DNA of 64,000 bases from an uncultured Gemmatimonadales bacterium (GTDB taxonomy: Bacteria; Gemmatimonadota; Gemmatimonadetes; Gemmatimonadales; GWC2-71-9). Shown in pieces: positions 60,667 through 64,000 of the stretch. The first letter of the stretch is position 1. The number at the start of each line of letters is the position of its first letter. The DNA is taken from assembly GCA_963730185.1 (NCBI GenBank), contig CAVSQW010000008.1, positions 64,001 to 128,000 on the forward strand, in the 5' to 3' direction. The notes under the pieces were generated by a model. That model was not told the DNA's origin and searched no databases. It was given only the letters and a program-made list of their open reading frames with translations. The position numbers and the translations under genes are program-made.

Positions 60667-62061
60667 ATGAATCCCATCCGCATGCCCCGCCGCCACCGCC
60701 GGATCAGGGCCGTCACCGGCTGGCTGACCGCCGCTCTGCTTGCCTGGGTCCCCGTCGTCCCGGCGCAGCAAGGGCCCTGGGACGTCGCCATCACCATCGA
60801 CGATGTCCCGATGACGGGTGGGGCGGGCTGTCGGCCCGACCAGATCGTGCGGGTGAACCAGGCGCTCCTCGACGCCTTTCGCGACCACGGCGTCCGCGCC
60901 ACGGCGTTCGTGATTCCGGGCACCCCCTGCCAGGGGCCGGGTGAGGCGTCGCCCCAGGCGCTGGTGGCTCGGTGGCGGGCCGCGGGGCACGACGTCGGCA
61001 ACCACAGCTACAGTCACCCGGACTACAACGGGCTCACCGTCGACCAGTACCTTGAGGACGCCGACCGGGCTCAACGGTTTCTGGAGCCGTTGCTGACGGC
61101 GGCCCGTCAGTCCGATCGCTGGTTTCGCCCGCCGCTCCTCCACACCGGGACGACCGCCGCCCGCCGGGACGCCCTGGACCGGTGGCTGGCTCGGCGTCAC
61201 ACCCGGATGGGCGTGGTCACGATCGACAACCAGGAGTGGGTCTACGCCGCGGCCTACGCGCGGGCGACGGCCCGGGGCGACGCCCCGCTGAGCGCGGCGC
61301 TGGTGGCGGCCTACGTCGACCATCTCCGCCGCTCGGTCGACTACTACCGGGATCTCTCGGCGAGGGTGTTTGGCCGCGACGTCGCGCAGGTGCTGCTGCT
61401 CCACGCCAATCTGCTGAATGGCGACCACATCGACCGGGTGCTCGACGCGCTGGAAGCGGCCGGCGCCCGGTTCGTCCCGCTCGGCGAGGCGGTGTCCGAC
61501 TCGGCCTACCGGCTGAAGGCGCCGTACCTCGGGCCCCGCGGGCTCTCGTGGCTCCAGCGCTGGGCGCTCGTCCGAGGGGTGACGCCGCCACCGGAGCCCC
61601 GGGAAGCCGACTGGGTCGGGTATGCCGCGAGCGCCGAGCCGGAGCTGCCGGCCGGGCTGGACTCGGTCCTGACCCGGGCGAACGACGATTTCAGCCGAGC
61701 CTGGGTGGCGGGAGAGGTGGCGAGGATCGTGGCGGCCTACAGCGACGATGCGGTGATCCATCCGCCGGCGGGCGGCGTGCTCGCGACCCCCGCGGCCGTC
61801 CGGGGCTTCTGGAGCGGGCTCCCGGATCGCCGGGGGCAGGGCGAGCACCGGCTCGAGCCGACCCTCCGCCGGCTCCTGGCCCCGACCACGGTGCTCGAGC
61901 TGGGCCGCTGGCACACCGGCGTGATCCGAAACGGCGCACTGGTCCGGGAGACCGGATGCTATACCCTGATCTGGCGGGAGACCGACGAGGGCCGGTGGCG
62001 GATCGGGTACGACGCGTGGTCCGCGCCGAACCCGGCGTCGTGGGCCTGCCGGCCCCGTTAG
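60667..62061 (+). CDS. Secreted polysaccharide deacetylase (CE4) fused to a C-terminal NTF2-like (DUF4440-type) domain
   Basis: TIDD, GNHSYSH, FRPP and LLLH; then ANDDFSRAW...YSDDAVIHPP...YTLIWR...WRI. Confidence 0.8.
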   Translation: MNPIRMPRRHRRIRAVTGWLTAALLAWVPVVPAQQGPWDVAITIDDVPMTGGAGCRPDQIVRVNQALLDAFRDHGVRATAFVIPGTPCQGPGEASPQALVARWRAAGHDVGNHSYSHPDYNGLTVDQYLEDADRAQRFLEPLLTAARQSDRWFRPPLLHTGTTAARRDALDRWLARRHTRMGVVTIDNQEWVYAAAYARATARGDAPLSAALVAAYVDHLRRSVDYYRDLSARVFGRDVAQVLLLHANLLNGDHIDRVLDALEAAGARFVPLGEAVSDSAYRLKAPYLGPRGLSWLQRWALVRGVTPPPEPREADWVGYAASAEPELPAGLDSVLTRANDDFSRAWVAGEVARIVAAYSDDAVIHPPAGGVLATPAAVRGFWSGLPDRRGQGEHRLEPTLRRLLAPTTVLELGRWHTGVIRNGALVRETGCYTLIWRETDEGRWRIGYDAWSAPNPASWACRPR

Positions 62062-62190
62062 GCACCCGGTGGGGTCGGGGCCTGTTGCCCCGGCGCCCCG
62101 ATCGAACGACGGCGAGCAACCAGCGGTGGGCGTCGGCTCGCCCCGCCGGCCCGCCCCTGGCTAGCTTCGACCGACGCCAGCGAGGTTGCC

Positions 62191-63270
62191 ATGACCCTCT
62201 TCGGGGCCCTGCCGTCGGGCGAGCCCGTCCATCAGTTCACCCTCGTCAACCGCCACGGAGCCGAGCTCCGCGCGATTGACTACGGCGCCATCGTAGTGTC
62301 GCTCGCGACCCCTGACCGCGACGGCGTGCCGGGCGACATCGTGCTTGGTTTCGACTCCCTGGCCGGGTATCTCGGCGGGTCGTCCTACGTCGGCGCGGTC
62401 GTGGGCCGGTACGCGAATCGGATCGCCAACGGTCGGTTCACGCTGGACGGTACCACCTACCAGCTGCAGCCCAACAACGGACCGAACGCCCTGCACGGGG
62501 GGCCCGGCGGCTTCGACCGGCGGCTCTGGCGGGCCGAGCCCAAGGCGGATGCGACCGGGGCGGGCGTGGTGTTCCGCTACACCAGCCCCGACGGGGAGGA
62601 AGGCTACCCGGGCACCGTCGACGTCGAGGTGAGCTACACCCTCACGGAGCGGAGCGAGTGGATCGTCGACTACCGGGCCACGACCGATCGGCCGACCCCG
62701 ATCAACCTGACCCAGCACAGCTACTTCAACCTGGCCGGCCAAGCCTCGGGCGACGTGCTCCGGCAGGGTCGTGACGATCGATGCCGACCGCTACCTGCCG
62801 GTGGACCGGGCCCTGATCCCGGACCGGGGGCTTCCAGCCGGTGGCCGGGACGCCGTTCGATTTCACGTGAGGGTAGCGTGATCGGCGAGCGGATCGAGGA
62901 GCGAAACGAGCAGCTGGAGCTCGGCCGGGGGTACGACCACGCCTTCGTGCTGAACCGGCGCGGCCCCGGCCTGGCGCCCGCGGCCCGGGTGGAGGACCCG
63001 GCGAGCGGACGAACGCTCGAGGTGGAGACGACCGAGCCGGGGCTCCAGCTCTACACCGGCAACTTCCTGGCGGGCTCGCTGCCGGGCAAAGGTGGCCGGG
63101 TCTATCGGCCTCGGGACGGCTTCTGCCTCGAGACGGGACACTTTCCGGACTCCCCCAACCAGCCTGCCTTCCCGTCGACCATCCTCCGCCCCGGCCGGAC
63201 CTTCCGGAGCCGCACCGTCTACCGATTCGGGGTCGCCGGGACGGATACCTCGCCGAAGACGGCGGGCTAG
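62191..63270 (+). CDS. galM: Aldose 1-epimerase (galactose mutarotase); compensating indels at about 62760-62870
   Basis: GRYANRI, LHGG, NLTQHSYFNL, GYDH, QLYTGN and CLET. Confidence 0.9.
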   Translation: MTLFGALPSGEPVHQFTLVNRHGAELRAIDYGAIVVSLATPDRDGVPGDIVLGFDSLAGYLGGSSYVGAVVGRYANRIANGRFTLDGTTYQLQPNNGPNALHGGPGGFDRRLWRAEPKADATGAGVVFRYTSPDGEEGYPGTVDVEVSYTLTERSEWIVDYRATTDRPTPINLTQHSYFNLAGQASGDVLRQGRDDRCRPLPAGGPGPDPGPGASSRWPGRRSISREGSVIGERIEERNEQLELGRGYDHAFVLNRRGPGLAPAARVEDPASGRTLEVETTEPGLQLYTGNFLAGSLPGKGGRVYRPRDGFCLETGHFPDSPNQPAFPSTILRPGRTFRSRTVYRFGVAGTDTSPKTAG

Positions 63271-64000
63271 GATCCTCGGGCGGCCAGCTCCAGCAGCTCC
63301 GGCGCGAGCTGAAAGTGATCGGCGCCCACTCCCTGGTTCATCACGACCACGACCGTGATCCCGGTGTCCGGGTCGAAGAGCAGCAGACTGCTGCCGAACT
63401 GCGAGCCGCCGCTGTGCCCGTACTGGGTCCGGCCGAGGTAGTGATAGCTCCGGATGCCGAGTCCGGCCCCGGACTCGCCGGGGATGTTGCCGGCCGCCGG
63501 GACGAGGGTTCGCATCGCGGCCTCCGAGGCCGGCGTCAGGACCGAGCCCGCGAACAGCGCCCGACCCCATCGGGCGATGTCCCGCGCCGTCGCCAGCATC
63601 CCGAAGGCCGTATTGGCGCCGGTCAGGATCGCGGGATAGTCGAGGGGGTCGACCACGCCGAACGTCGTCGACGCGGTCGCTACCGGTCCAGGAGGAGTGG
63701 TGGTGGTCGGAAACCAGACCTCGGTCAGGCCGACCTCGTGCCAGAGCTCGTCGTAGAGCGCCTCGATCGGCCGGCCGGCGGCGCGCTCCGCGACGAGGCC
63801 GAGCAGGATGAACCCGGTGTTGGAGTAGCGGGTCTCCTCGCCGGGCGGGAAGTCCGGTGGCCCGACGAAGGTCAGGATCTCGTCCCGGGTAAAGCGGTGG
63901 CCGAGATCGGCCCCGACCGCGGCCTGGAAGGCGGGGTTGGCGGTGTAGTTCGCGACCCCGCTGGTGTGGTTGAGCAGCTGCCGGACGGTGATCCCGGGGT
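63267..64000 (-). CDS. Serine hydrolase (D-Ala-D-Ala carboxypeptidase/beta-lactamase family), 5' end outside the window
   Basis: ITVRQLLNHTSG, YSNTGF and YGHSG; a probable frameshift near 63690. Confidence 0.8.
   Translation of the reverse strand, partial: PGITVRQLLNHTSGVANYTANPAFQAAVGADLGHRFTRDEILTFVGPPDFPPGEETRYSNTGFILLGLVAERAAGRPIEALYDELWHEVGLTEVWFPTTTTPPGPVATASTTFGVVDPLDYPAILTGANTAFGMLATARDIARWGRALFAGSVLTPASEAAMRTLVPAAGNIPGESGAGLGIRSYHYLGRTQYGHSGGSQFGSSLLLFDPDTGITVVVVMNQGVGADHFQLAPELLELAARGS

Overview
High-GC bacterial window. The gene content (Uma2 nuclease, Hanks-type kinases, many secreted peptidases) suggests Gemmatimonadota, but that is an inference. About 45 CDSs are present, dominated by secreted peptidases and hydrolases (M28 x2, S9, S33-like, CocE/NonD x2, M1-like, S10, D-aminoacylase, serine hydrolases). 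Notable elements: (i) a tRNA-Pro(GGG) whose 3' half is duplicated 10.2 kb downstream, delimiting a decayed island with no visible integrase and an orphan tRNA-Leu 3' half inside; (ii) an aromatic-acid module with feruloyl-CoA synthetase-like and benzoate-CoA ligase-family genes, TetR, a 4-hydroxybenzoyl-CoA reductase-like hcrCAB (HcrB [4Fe-4S] motif present) and a coupled short MetE-like gene; (iii) a 25-bp palindrome, (T/C)GTGA-N9-TCACA, found three times in intergenic DNA; (iv) a kinase N-lobe/BRCT fusion and an esterase lacking its catalytic core; (v) a lone radical SAM enzyme with CX8CX2C spacing, a vapBC pair and a Fic gene. Frameshifts cluster at about 14.7-16.0 kb and 36.8-41.5 kb and look like uncorrected sequencing indels. 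I found no CRISPR array, reverse transcriptase, transposase or integrase, and no feature here can be called a new system with confidence from sequence alone.
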